In this document: one piece after another, positions 18,119-27,860 of the stretch
How the letters are laid out: every line of letters starts with the position of its first letter
How positions within the stretch are numbered: position 1 is the stretch's first letter
Virus record (IMG/VR): IMGVR_UViG_3300025288_000016
Span: 64,431-96,958 of that record
Strand: one strand, 5' to 3'
DNA from: a virus
Lineage: Duplodnaviria; Heunggongvirae; Uroviricota; Caudoviricetes; Crassvirales
DNA: 32,528 nt
Notes under the pieces: generated by a model
What the model saw: only the letters and a program-made list of their open reading frames with translations
Database searches by the model: none
What the model was told of the DNA's origin: nothing
Position numbers and translations under genes: made by a program

Positions 18119-21100
18119 TTATATTTTATAATATACAATAATATCATGAAGGATTAACTTATAATTACTAGTATTATCTAATTCTAATTTTAAAAATATC
18201 CAAGGATTTCTAATTCTGTTTCTATCTTGTCTTGGTATATCAGCTTGCCATTCTCTAAATTTACGTCTAATATTACTTCCTCTATTTACTATTAATGGTA
18301 TTCTACCAGAATCTTGGTATTCATTATAAGCTTGTATATGAGTTAATGTTTTATTAGGTTGGTCTATATCATTTAAATATAATTCTGAATTGTAATGTAT
18401 ATTATTAAAAACACAATCTATATCAGATTCAGGATTTACTTGTAATATAATATAAGAAGGTTGTTTTATACCAAAAAATTTATTATAATCACCCTTATAT
18501 TGTTCATATAAAGTATTATTATTTATATTAGGAATTATAAATTTTTCTCCTTTATTAATATATCTAGATGGAATATAAGTTTTTAAATCTATAAATTCAT
18601 CTTTTAATTCATTATAACACCATGTGAAAGAATCATTAGATTGTAATAATGATATATATATATCATTATTATAATTATCATAACCAAATATAACACCCTT
18701 TCCTAATACAGGATTATCTTCTTTAATTAAATTATAATTATAATTATTATTAAAAAAACTATGCATTCCTTTCAAATCGGTTAATAATGGTCCAATAGCA
18801 TCAGGAACTCTTCCTACAGCTTTATTTAAAGCATCATAATAGTATATACCTTTTTTAGTTGGAACTATACCCCATTTATTAATAGAACCACTTTTAGTAG
18901 TAAGATAAACAAATTTATATAATATATCACCACTACCTAATTCTAGTCCTAAACCATCTGTACTTTGTAATTGTACTCTTGGATTAATTAAAATTTGAGC
19001 AATAGCTTCATCTTGAAATGCATATAACATATCATTAAATGAAACAATATTATTTATTGGTCCATATTTACCATTTAAATCTAGTAATTCATTTTCTAAT
19101 ATATCAGTCCAGCTATCTACTGATTCATTTGGTATTTTTAATTTAGTAGATTGAATTCTTGTATCAAAATTTTTAATTTTTTTAAAATTAAAATCAATAC
19201 TAGTATTACCAACTAAATTAGGTGATTGTGAATAAACTCTATTATAATTATGATAATTTTCATATCTTGGTTGAAACTCAGAATCCCACTCAAATAATGA
19301 TAAATCATTTCTATTTTTTAAATCTACATAAGTTTCAATTGGAAAAGATACTATTTCTGTTAATTGTAAACTTTGATGTTCTAAAACTTGTGTATCTGTT
19401 TTGGATATTCTTGCAAATTTATAATTATATATATAAGTATCTCCAGCATTATCTATTTCTATAGAAGTAGAAGTAAGTGGTTTGTATTCGCCTATAGGTA
19501 TATAAGTTGTTCTAGTTTTATCTTCATAACTATTACCTCCATAAATATTACCTAAATAAATTGTTATTTCTGGTATAGTTATTTCTGTTAATAATAATCC
19601 GTTTGAATTAGATATAGTAGATTCAGAAAAAATATCTTCTAATCCTTTTCTAGTAGAACTATTATTTCCTTGTGCAAAAGTTAAACATTTATTTCCATAA
19701 CTATTCATATTAACAATAGCATCTTCATTATTACTTCTATCTGTTAAAAATCCTTCTAAGGTATTAGAATATTTTAATGTTCCATCTCCATTATATGAAG
19801 TAATTCCTTGACCTCTTTCTGTTACTTCAGGAGAACCATACACATCATAATAATTATTAGTAGTATTAGGATAATATGTTGAATATTCTCTATGTATAGA
19901 TGTAAAATCCATTATTTGACCACCATGAGTTGCAGGACCAAATAAACCCATAAATTTTACATCTACATTTGATAAAAAATTTGTAGTTACATTATATTTA
20001 ATATCTTTATCTACTACTTCATTAACTACATTTATTCTTTTATACCATAAATTATTTTTAGTATTACTAACTAAACCTTTTACTTTAAACTTTAAACCTG
20101 TACTAAATGATAATCCTGAATTAAATAATATATCAGGACTATTTAACTGAAATAATTTAGTATATTGCCAAGATTGTTGTCTTTTATAATCTAAAGCTAC
20201 TCCAGAAAATATTTCTTCTAGCGCAAATTCTGAATTAGGGTTAGAACCATAAGGACCTTCACCTTCTTCATTCATCATTCTAAGATGGTCTGTTTGTATT
20301 AATGGTATTATATTGCTTTGAAAACCTCTAGTTATAGGAATAGGAAATTTAACTAAATCATCACTTTCAAGTTTTCTATTATTTTCAATTTTCCAATAAT
20401 TAAAATTAGTTACATTTCTAGTAGTTTGACACATCATTTGAGTTAATGCTCCTTGACATAATATAGTTCTGTCATTTAAAGTTCTATCTGCTCTAATAAT
20501 TCTATAACCAATTGGAATTTCTTCATTTGAATTAAAATTATATGTGTTTAACCATGTATAAAAAGATGATAATAATTCAACTTTTAAAGTATTATAATTT
20601 CCTTCTAAATTACCAACAGGTGCTTTAAAATCTGCTATCCATTTTGGAGGAGAATTTTGTCCTAAACCATTAAATAATTCAATACCTATTCTATATATTT
20701 CTTCATCTTTTAAAAATCTATAAGTATTAACAGGATTACTTAATTCTGATGATGTTTTTTGAACTATTTCATATTTTAAATATTTTCCAGTACCTCCTAA
20801 TATAGTTGAATTATATTGATATTTACGAGTATCATATTCTAAATTTATAGCATCATGTTTTAAGGGTACATTATAAGTAGAAGTAACAGTAGTTTTATTT
20901 ACTGTTTTATTAATTAATCCTCCTGAAGTTAATTGTGGGTCATCCCATATATTAGTGGTTGTTGAATTAATAGAAAATGAATAAGCTCTAAAATCTAAAC
21001 TTTCAGGTAAATCAAAAGAACTATCTTTTAAATTTCCTAAAAATAATCTATTATCCTTAGTTTCGATATGTTTAGGTATAATAGGATTACTTCCTAAAAA

Positions 21101-22102
21101 TATAAATTCTTCAAGAGTTAAAGAAGATATAACAGAACCATCATCAAATACTTTAATTTCAGTCCTCCCGTTTAATTCTATTTCTTCTATTAAATTTATA
21201 GAAGGTATCTGATTAAAAGATGTATATTTAATAGCATAGATATTTATATGAGTATATGATATATCTATATCTGTTATATTAACTACAGGTATAGAACCGA
21301 CAATTTCATTTAAATCTCCACCTCCTGAAGTAATTCCCTTAGATAAAGGAACTAGTTCTGTTAAAGGTGATAATTTAGTTTGTGAACCATTTAATCTATA
21401 TAAATTATAAGCATATTGTATCATACCTGCTGTATGAGAACCTCCACTAACTATATCAGAGATATAAGGTTGACTAAATTTTACATCACCAACAAAATTT
21501 ATACTATTTAAAGGTATTTCAATAAGAGGGTCATTTCCATCTATATTAGAATATGTTATATTTATATATCTAATTTGTTTATTACCATCAACCCAATAAA
21601 CTTTTTGTATATTTTCATTTTCGTAATTAAATATAGCTTGTATAGGATTATTTACAGAAAAACCTAAATTTCTTAAATATAATAAAGTTAAAGTATAATC
21701 TTCTTCTAATACATTTGTAACTAACCATATACAATCCATATTATTATCATCTGTAGTAAATAATATAATATCTTCTCGTGTAGTAGTATGACCAATAATA
21801 ATATGATTAGAAGATGTAGTAGATAATTCTCCACTAGCTAATTGTTGAGATATTTCATTACCATTTTTATATGGTAAAATATTATTATCATAAGTAATAA
21901 TATTAGTACTATCATTAATAGAAATATTAGGAATAGTAATTACTAATTCATTTCCTTTTTCATTATTAATACTTCCTGTAGATTGACTATCTGTTGATAA
22001 TATTTTTATATGACCAGCCTCAAAATAATAATGAAAAGGATGTTTACTTTTACTAATATCTTGAGTAGCACCTCCAAATGTATATTTTACTTTTTTATTC
22101 AT
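18119..22102 (-). CDS. Muzzle / tail stabilisation protein (crAss001 gp44-like, P22 gp10-like), 1327 aa
   Basis: Size, beta-rich composition and position after ring protein 1. Motifs such as KDNRLFLGN, IYRIGIE, WIADFKAP and RKFREW. Confidence 0.8.
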   Translation of the reverse strand: MNKKVKYTFGGATQDISKSKHPFHYYFEAGHIKILSTDSQSTGSINNEKGNELVITIPNISINDSTNIITYDNNILPYKNGNEISQQLASGELSTTSSNHIIIGHTTTREDIILFTTDDNNMDCIWLVTNVLEEDYTLTLLYLRNLGFSVNNPIQAIFNYENENIQKVYWVDGNKQIRYINITYSNIDGNDPLIEIPLNSINFVGDVKFSQPYISDIVSGGSHTAGMIQYAYNLYRLNGSQTKLSPLTELVPLSKGITSGGGDLNEIVGSIPVVNITDIDISYTHINIYAIKYTSFNQIPSINLIEEIELNGRTEIKVFDDGSVISSLTLEEFIFLGSNPIIPKHIETKDNRLFLGNLKDSSFDLPESLDFRAYSFSINSTTTNIWDDPQLTSGGLINKTVNKTTVTSTYNVPLKHDAINLEYDTRKYQYNSTILGGTGKYLKYEIVQKTSSELSNPVNTYRFLKDEEIYRIGIELFNGLGQNSPPKWIADFKAPVGNLEGNYNTLKVELLSSFYTWLNTYNFNSNEEIPIGYRIIRADRTLNDRTILCQGALTQMMCQTTRNVTNFNYWKIENNRKLESDDLVKFPIPITRGFQSNIIPLIQTDHLRMMNEEGEGPYGSNPNSEFALEEIFSGVALDYKRQQSWQYTKLFQLNSPDILFNSGLSFSTGLKFKVKGLVSNTKNNLWYKRINVVNEVVDKDIKYNVTTNFLSNVDVKFMGLFGPATHGGQIMDFTSIHREYSTYYPNTTNNYYDVYGSPEVTERGQGITSYNGDGTLKYSNTLEGFLTDRSNNEDAIVNMNSYGNKCLTFAQGNNSSTRKGLEDIFSESTISNSNGLLLTEITIPEITIYLGNIYGGNSYEDKTRTTYIPIGEYKPLTSTSIEIDNAGDTYIYNYKFARISKTDTQVLEHQSLQLTEIVSFPIETYVDLKNRNDLSLFEWDSEFQPRYENYHNYNRVYSQSPNLVGNTSIDFNFKKIKNFDTRIQSTKLKIPNESVDSWTDILENELLDLNGKYGPINNIVSFNDMLYAFQDEAIAQILINPRVQLQSTDGLGLELGSGDILYKFVYLTTKSGSINKWGIVPTKKGIYYYDALNKAVGRVPDAIGPLLTDLKGMHSFFNNNYNYNLIKEDNPVLGKGVIFGYDNYNNDIYISLLQSNDSFTWCYNELKDEFIDLKTYIPSRYINKGEKFIIPNINNNTLYEQYKGDYNKFFGIKQPSYIILQVNPESDIDCVFNNIHYNSELYLNDIDQPNKTLTHIQAYNEYQDSGRIPLIVNRGSNIRRKFREWQADIPRQDRNRIRNPWIFLKLELDNTSNYKLILHDIIVYYKI

Positions 22103-22104
22103 AA

Positions 22105-22827
22105 TTAATTAAATCTACGAAGTCTTTCTTTTTTACCTGCCATTTTAAAGAAATTAGAATGAGCATTTGTATTGATAATTATTCTATTTATACTATTCAT
22201 TATAGCTTCAACATGGTCATAACTTTGTATTTTTATATCTGAATTAGCAGAAGGTATATACCAACATTTAGCTGTTTCTATTCTATCCCATGCTTGTTTT
22301 GTTATTTTACCAACATCATATAATGGTCCAAAATATCTAAATAATATATAATATTCAATAGCTAAAGCAACCTTTTGATTATCTGGTATTAATGGAAAAC
22401 CATCATCATCTACTGGTAATCCTCTATATGATATTTCTACATAACCATCTGTAAAAGAAGTTTTTATAATACCTTCTTCAACTACATATGTTGATTCATT
22501 ATTACTTACAGATTTACAATTGTTTCTATTATGAAAACTATCAGTAGCTAATGTCATTGGTATTTTATAATTATCATCATCATCTTTATCTACCATATAT
22601 CTAATTTGTTTTATTTCAACAACATCTTCTGGTAATAAAGCTTTATTATATTGTAATTTAATAGGTGGGTCAGATACCTTATTAACTAAAGAAAGAGGTG
22701 CACCAATTAATCTGATACCCTCTAGCGCATATTCAGCAGCTAAATCATAAGTTAATTCAGCAGCTAATGGATGGTTCATAACCTTCCATAATATTGTTTT
22801 TAAAGATTTTACTTGTCCATTATACAT
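22105..22827 (-). CDS. Tail ring protein 1 (crAss001 gp43-like)
   Basis: KVMNHPL...EY, YRGLPVDDDGFPLIPDN and terminal KERLR match my recollection of gp43-like ring proteins. Conserved synteny. Confidence 0.8.
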   Translation of the reverse strand: MYNGQVKSLKTILWKVMNHPLAAELTYDLAAEYALEGIRLIGAPLSLVNKVSDPPIKLQYNKALLPEDVVEIKQIRYMVDKDDDDNYKIPMTLATDSFHNRNNCKSVSNNESTYVVEEGIIKTSFTDGYVEISYRGLPVDDDGFPLIPDNQKVALAIEYYILFRYFGPLYDVGKITKQAWDRIETAKCWYIPSANSDIKIQSYDHVEAIMNSINRIIINTNAHSNFFKMAGKKERLRRFN

Positions 22828-22848
22828 GGTTAAATATTTTTAAATTTA

Positions 22849-23358
22849 TTAATATAATAAAAATGCATCTAGATTATCTTTGTCTTTATCTAATAATCTA
22901 GAACTAAGTTTTCTTGTAAATTTTCTATTAGCTTTGAATTTATATAAACTTCTATATTTTAAATTACATTTAAATTTTTTACAATAAATTCTAAATACAT
23001 AACCTGATGTATGATGATTACTATATCTAACTAATATTTTTTTTTCCTTTGCTTCTTTGTCTTTCTCCCATAAATTATTTGTAGTTTTCCAATCTACAGG
23101 TGTTGTATTAATAACTTTACCATTAAGTAATCTAGGTTTTCTTTTATCTTTCTTTATCATTACTTCCATACCAATATAAGGAAGTTGATATATTAATGTA
23201 CTTTCAATTATTAAATTGATTATTTCTTCATTAAATTCTTCAATAATTTTTTTATATTTACTATATGATATATTACTATTATATTGTTTTTTATAAAATT
23301 TATAATAATCTGAAATACCAAAATCTGATTTAGCTTTATGAATTCTTTTCTCTTTCAT
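22849..23358 (-). CDS. IHF/HU-like DNA-binding protein
   Basis: Basic 169-aa protein with YQLPYIGMEVMIKK, PVDWKTT and HTSGYVFRIY. An IHF-like gene between ring genes is typical of crAss-like phages. Confidence 0.7.
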   Translation of the reverse strand: MKEKRIHKAKSDFGISDYYKFYKKQYNSNISYSKYKKIIEEFNEEIINLIIESTLIYQLPYIGMEVMIKKDKRKPRLLNGKVINTTPVDWKTTNNLWEKDKEAKEKKILVRYSNHHTSGYVFRIYCKKFKCNLKYRSLYKFKANRKFTRKLSSRLLDKDKDNLDAFLLY

Positions 23359-23374
23359 TTAATATCTTGTATCA

Positions 23375-24061
23375 TTATATATCTGTACTATCATTTTCTT
23401 TATCTTCTCTAATTTGTTTTATTTGTAACAAATCATTAATTATTTCTCTTCTAATAGTATCTATATGATGAGGTTGTAATGGATAATCAGTTTCTAATTC
23501 ATCAAAACAAACCGATGGTGTAGAACAATCACAACAGTTCTGATAATTACTTAATTCTAATGGGTCTTCAAATATACCTGTTACTGTAATACATTCTAAT
23601 AATTTATAACTTTCTTTATCAGGTGATATAATATATATATATTCATCAGTATCTATAAATGCATATAAACCTCTTTTAAAAGACGCTCCATCTATATATG
23701 GTACTTTATCCTTATTAATAATATTAAATGGAATAGCAAGTCTATTAGTGGGTTTAATTTTAGTTATACCAGTTCTAATATGAAGCTCTATAGGAGTAGG
23801 TATAGGTTGTTTACTTTTTAAAATAGTTTGGCAATCATAATTAACACTACATTCATTTGAACTAACTTCTTCTAAAGACAGACAAAATGTTTGTAAGATA
23901 GAATTATCTATAGTTCTTTGATGATTGTTTAAATCTTGACGTAAATATTTTACTCTTTTAATATTATATAAATATATAATATATCTGTTATCAATTTCAC
24001 TATCATCAGTGAATTCTTTAACACCTTCTCTTACATCATATATTAATTTTTTTAGTTTCAT
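23375..24061 (-). CDS. Tail ring protein 2 (crAss001 gp40-like)
   Basis: LIYDV......DDS, QTFCLSLEEV, SKQPIPT, GIFEDP, DYPL and terminal DKENDS pattern. Confidence 0.78.
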   Translation of the reverse strand: MKLKKLIYDVREGVKEFTDDSEIDNRYIIYLYNIKRVKYLRQDLNNHQRTIDNSILQTFCLSLEEVSSNECSVNYDCQTILKSKQPIPTPIELHIRTGITKIKPTNRLAIPFNIINKDKVPYIDGASFKRGLYAFIDTDEYIYIISPDKESYKLLECITVTGIFEDPLELSNYQNCCDCSTPSVCFDELETDYPLQPHHIDTIRREIINDLLQIKQIREDKENDSTDI

Positions 24062-24073
24062 GGTTATAATTAT

Positions 24074-24127
24074 AAAAAAGTCCTGCCCTCAATAATGAAG
24101 ACTAAATTCGCTATGAGAGAAGGACTT
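24074..24127 (-). terminator. Stem-loop followed by U-tract; putative intrinsic terminator or regulatory hairpin
   Basis: AAGTCCT (24078-24084) and AGGACTT (24121-24127) form an inverted repeat, extended by an imperfect inner stem around a 17-nt loop. A T6 run lies at the 3' end on the minus strand. The large loop is atypical. Confidence 0.55.
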
Positions 24128-24157
24128 AAAAATGAAAAAATGTAATGTATAAACTTT

Positions 24158-25093
24158 TTATTTATTTATTAGTAAAAATTTATTATAATTAGTATTAGAC
24201 ATCTCAAATAATCTATTTGTATCTAAATCTTTCATTATATGTTTAATAGTACCTCTATTAGAGGTTACTGATTTAATTCTCTTTAAATTAACACCACCAG
24301 ATATTGGTGAAGTTTGTTTTATTAATCCATTTAATACACCAAAATGTAAACTAGGATTATCTAAATATTTTAATTCATTATAAACTTTTTCAAGTTGTCT
24401 AACATCTTCATCACAATAATCTAACATAGTAGACATTGCATTAGGACAATTTTTATAAACTATATCCATCCATAAATCTATAGTTGTTTTATTTTTACCT
24501 TCAAATCCTAAATATTTAGCAATATAATCTAATCTATTTGAGTTAAGATTTAATTTACTTTTAACTAATTTTAATGTATCAAATTGTTTATAATTAGGTA
24601 ACATAGGTATTCTATGAAATAATGCTCTAGTTTTTAACCATTTTAAATCAAAATTATCTCCATTATGAGCAACTATTAAATCAGCCTCATTTAATACTTC
24701 AACAAATTGTTCAATTAAAAATTTATCACATTGATTTTTATCCCAAGTTAAATTATATACTTGTGTTTCTCCCAACCATTTATAACTTACACATATGATA
24801 GCTCTTTCTTTAATTATATTTTCTGGTGATATATTTAATTTATAACCAGCTCTCCAAAACCAACCTATATTAGGTGAAGTTTCAATATCATATATTAATA
24901 TTTTTGCAGAGTTATTATTTACTTTATTTTTTATATTTTTTACTTCAGCTCTAACTTCTGAAAGAGCTTGTTTACATTTTTTTATTGTAGTATTAAAACC
25001 TCGTTTATTTAAATAATATCTTAATCTTTTACCACCTTCTTTTAGATAACCATTTTTTTCTCTTAAAAATTCTTTAATTTCTTCTACTTCCAT
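24158..25093 (-). CDS. DEDD 3'-5' exonuclease (RNase H-like, RNase_H_2/PolB-exo type)
   Basis: ExoI ILIYDIETS, ExoII AHNGDNFD, ExoIII YCDEDV. Confidence 0.85.
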   Translation of the reverse strand: MEVEEIKEFLREKNGYLKEGGKRLRYYLNKRGFNTTIKKCKQALSEVRAEVKNIKNKVNNNSAKILIYDIETSPNIGWFWRAGYKLNISPENIIKERAIICVSYKWLGETQVYNLTWDKNQCDKFLIEQFVEVLNEADLIVAHNGDNFDLKWLKTRALFHRIPMLPNYKQFDTLKLVKSKLNLNSNRLDYIAKYLGFEGKNKTTIDLWMDIVYKNCPNAMSTMLDYCDEDVRQLEKVYNELKYLDNPSLHFGVLNGLIKQTSPISGGVNLKRIKSVTSNRGTIKHIMKDLDTNRLFEMSNTNYNKFLLINK

Positions 25094-25146
25094 TTACATT
25101 TCATATTAGTCAATAAATAACTTTCTTTTTGTTACTTTTTCTTTGT

Positions 25147-25178
25147 CAAAGGTACAAAAAATAAATGAGAATACCAAA
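25147..25178 (-). promoter_or_regulatory. Bacteroidota housekeeping-sigma promoter (-33 TTTG / -7 TACCTTTG)
   Basis: Minus strand reads TTTG-gtattctcatttattttttg(20 nt)-TACCTTTG, in the intergenic gap upstream of the exonuclease. Confidence 0.75.
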
Positions 25179-25209
25179 TAAAATGATATTTATTTACTAA
25201 TTTTTTTTA

Positions 25210-25821
25210 TTATAATCTAAAATATATACCTACTTTAACTGCTTTATTGTTAATATCATACCCACCTTTATAAGTTTTGTTATGTTTTTTATTAACTAAT
25301 ATAAATCCTGGGGCTATAGATGGTTCAGTTAATACAACAGGGTCAGTTGGTAATATAAAATCTCCACCAATATATAACTCAGCTTTTCTTGGTACTGGTA
25401 TATTAAGTGTAGTATCTATTATTATAGTTCTTTCTTTAGTTTTATAACTAGATTGAGTTTCTAATAATGTACCTCTAACTTTATTATATGTATTAATTGT
25501 AATATTTTCATCTTCAAATATATTATTATATTCTCTTAATGTAATAGCATCTTTGTAAGCTTTATTTTTTTTAATACTATCTTTTAATTTAATATATTCA
25601 TTATAATAAGTTGAATCTATAACTTTTTCACCAGGTAATATTTTTACTTCACTAGGTAATTTGATAGTATCAAATTCTTTTTCTACAGAAGGAATCTTTA
25701 CTGGGATATTAATATTTACTGGAATATTATCTATTTCTTTTTTAAATATAAAATATGATACAAAAAATCCTACTAACAAACTAATAAAAGTTATTGTTAT
25801 ATATTTTTTATTGATTATCAT
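25210..25821 (-). CDS. Membrane-anchored protein in the lysis cassette (spanin position)
   Basis: N-terminal hydrophobic helix (YITITFISLLVGFFVSYFIF), no Cys, beta-strand-like C-terminus. ATGA overlap with the endolysin. Confidence 0.5.
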   Translation of the reverse strand: MIINKKYITITFISLLVGFFVSYFIFKKEIDNIPVNINIPVKIPSVEKEFDTIKLPSEVKILPGEKVIDSTYYNEYIKLKDSIKKNKAYKDAITLREYNNIFEDENITINTYNKVRGTLLETQSSYKTKERTIIIDTTLNIPVPRKAELYIGGDFILPTDPVVLTEPSIAPGFILVNKKHNKTYKGGYDINNKAVKVGIYFRL

Positions 25822-26303
25822 AATTTTATATATTTAGTAATTGATTGTCCTTTCCAATTTTTTTGTTTAATAGCTCTTAATATTTCTTTTTTATTATTTT
25901 CTTTTTTTAAACTAACATGTACCCACGCAGGTTCTTTATCATTTCCAAATTCCCAAATAAGTTGGTCAAAATTTAAATTATCTCTTACAAAATTAAATAT
26001 ATCTTGATTTGTAATCATACCATATATATCTGAATCTATATCTATTGCTGAACCAGTAATATGGTCAGATGTTTTAGAACCTCCTACAGCGTTATTAAGA
26101 GCTTCACATCTAAAAAATGAAGTAATACCTATTGGGACTTCAAAATGGGCTATAATAGGCTCAAATACATTCTCAGCAACATATTTCATTGTTGCTAATA
26201 TTTCTTCGCTAGGATTATTATCTATATTTTTTCTAATACCTGTATCTGACTTAATTGCGTCTGTATAAGAAATATGTTCACTAATTTTTTCCTTCCATCT
26301 CAT
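25818..26303 (-). CDS. Endolysin, peptidase M15A family
   Basis: SFFRCEALNNAVGGSKTSDH, GSAID and WVHVS give the H-D-H zinc ligands of M15. Confidence 0.88.
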   Translation of the reverse strand: MRWKEKISEHISYTDAIKSDTGIRKNIDNNPSEEILATMKYVAENVFEPIIAHFEVPIGITSFFRCEALNNAVGGSKTSDHITGSAIDIDSDIYGMITNQDIFNFVRDNLNFDQLIWEFGNDKEPAWVHVSLKKENNKKEILRAIKQKNWKGQSITKYIKL

Positions 26304-26628
26304 AACTATCTAATTTAGCTTTTAATTTTTTAATATATCTTTCTTGATTAGATATAGCTCTTATTAATTCTTCATTTAAAATTTTCATTTTAGTTAAATC
26401 TTCTTCTAAATCATTTATCTTTTTCTTAAATCTTTCTTCTAAATCATTTATTAAATCTTGATAAACTTTAAAATTTACAGTTATATTACCTAAATTATCA
26501 CCAGTAACAGATGCTCTATATTTATCTTCAGAAGTTTTTTGTAAATTTCTTTTAGTAAAGTACCAAACAGTAATACCAACAAGAGGAGACCATATTAATT
26601 CTTTCCAATTTTGTATTATAAAATCCAT
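26281..26628 (-). CDS. Putative holin
   Basis: 115 aa, single N-terminal hydrophobic segment then a charged coiled coil. Overlaps the endolysin start. Confidence 0.5.
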   Translation of the reverse strand: MDFIIQNWKELIWSPLVGITVWYFTKRNLQKTSEDKYRASVTGDNLGNITVNFKVYQDLINDLEERFKKKINDLEEDLTKMKILNEELIRAISNQERYIKKLKAKLDSYEMEGKN

Positions 26629-26661
26629 ATTATTTATTTGTGTTTTTTTATTAATAATTTT

Positions 26662-27045
26662 TTAACAAGGTGAGCCTGTACTATTTTTATATATTATTTT
26701 TAAGTCTGTTTCTCCAGATGAAGTATTAACTCCAGTTATATTTAATACTATTACTTCTGTTAATACAGTATTTCCTAAATCTATATTTAAACTAGTAGCC
26801 CCAGTATGTATAAAAGTATATGTTCCTGTTGTACTAATAGTAAAATATCCAAATCCTGTATTTAATTGAATATTATAAATATTAGGTAATACATTTATTG
26901 AAAAAGTTAATTGTATTGTATCTCCTATTTCTGCATTTATATCCATTGCGCTTGAAGTATAACAAGTAAAACTTGTTACAACTTCACTTCCAATTAATGG
27001 TTCTATAGCAGTAATACTATTAATATTTAGTGTAAAAGTTGCCAT
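26662..27045 (-). CDS. Hypothetical beta-rich protein (possible virion decoration)
   Basis: 127 aa, Thr/Ile-rich. N-terminus MATFTL resembles the upstream gene's MAIFTL. Confidence 0.4.
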   Translation of the reverse strand: MATFTLNINSITAIEPLIGSEVVTSFTCYTSSAMDINAEIGDTIQLTFSINVLPNIYNIQLNTGFGYFTISTTGTYTFIHTGATSLNIDLGNTVLTEVIVLNITGVNTSSGETDLKIIYKNSTGSPC

Positions 27046-27048
27046 ATA

Positions 27049-27786
27049 TTATGATGTAAAAATTCCTGAACCAGCATCAGCTATTTCAAATTCAAAAGTT
27101 TGTATATCTCCAGTTGTAACAGTTAAATCTGGCACAAAAGTTAATAATCCTGATGCTATATCTGTAAAACTAATTGTTTGATTTATAACAATTGGTACTC
27201 CATTTAATTTAATTATTCCAAATAATGGTAACCTAGTTATTTTTAGTTGAGAAGCTGAATCTCCTTCAGGGTCAGAATAAGGAGGAGTAGTACCTGTTGT
27301 AAAATCTGCAACTGTAAATATTATTGATGCTCCATAATTAGTAGTTAAAGAATTATCTCCTACCACAGAAGGTGGTAAATTTTCTTTAGTTAATACTGAT
27401 AAATTCATAGTTCCAATTAATCCAGAATAAGTAAGAGACCCTACATCAGATAAATCATAAGTAAATTTATCTATATAAGCAGTAATAGTTCCAATATCGG
27501 CTATATAAGTAAATAAATTACTATTTATACTTGCAACTGGAATTTCATCATTAATTATTACTGCTACTGCATTCAAATATAAAGTTCCTGTAGTTGGTAA
27601 AGATAGTATTTTAATTGAATTTAAAGTATCTCCTTCAGGGTCATTAAATGTAGGTACAGTTTCACTAGTAAAATTATTTACTGTAAATATATAAGTTTCA
27701 TTATAATCTATTGATAACTTATTATCACCTATTTGATTAGGAGGTAAATTTGTATATGAATTTGTTGTTAATGTAAATATTGCCAT
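27049..27786 (-). CDS. Protein with two tandem cadherin-like/Ig-like domains
   Basis: Two ~123-aa repeats (NLPP..GDN...IFTV..FT..T.P...DPEGD....KI..LP..G...LN). Identical 16-mer atctccttcagggtca at 27259-27274 and 27628-27643. Confidence 0.6.
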   Translation of the reverse strand: MAIFTLTTNSYTNLPPNQIGDNKLSIDYNETYIFTVNNFTSETVPTFNDPEGDTLNSIKILSLPTTGTLYLNAVAVIINDEIPVASINSNLFTYIADIGTITAYIDKFTYDLSDVGSLTYSGLIGTMNLSVLTKENLPPSVVGDNSLTTNYGASIIFTVADFTTGTTPPYSDPEGDSASQLKITRLPLFGIIKLNGVPIVINQTISFTDIASGLLTFVPDLTVTTGDIQTFEFEIADAGSGIFTS

Positions 27787-27860
27787 TATTTTGTTTATTA
27801 ATTATCTATAAAAATATTAAATTTTTTATGGTTAATTGGTTTTTATAGTTTAATTTTTTT

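Noticed and set aside
27806-27848. Inverted repeat ctataaaa/ttttatag in the intergenic gap
   Set aside because: Only 8 bp, nearly all A/T, with a long loop; expected by chance at this composition.
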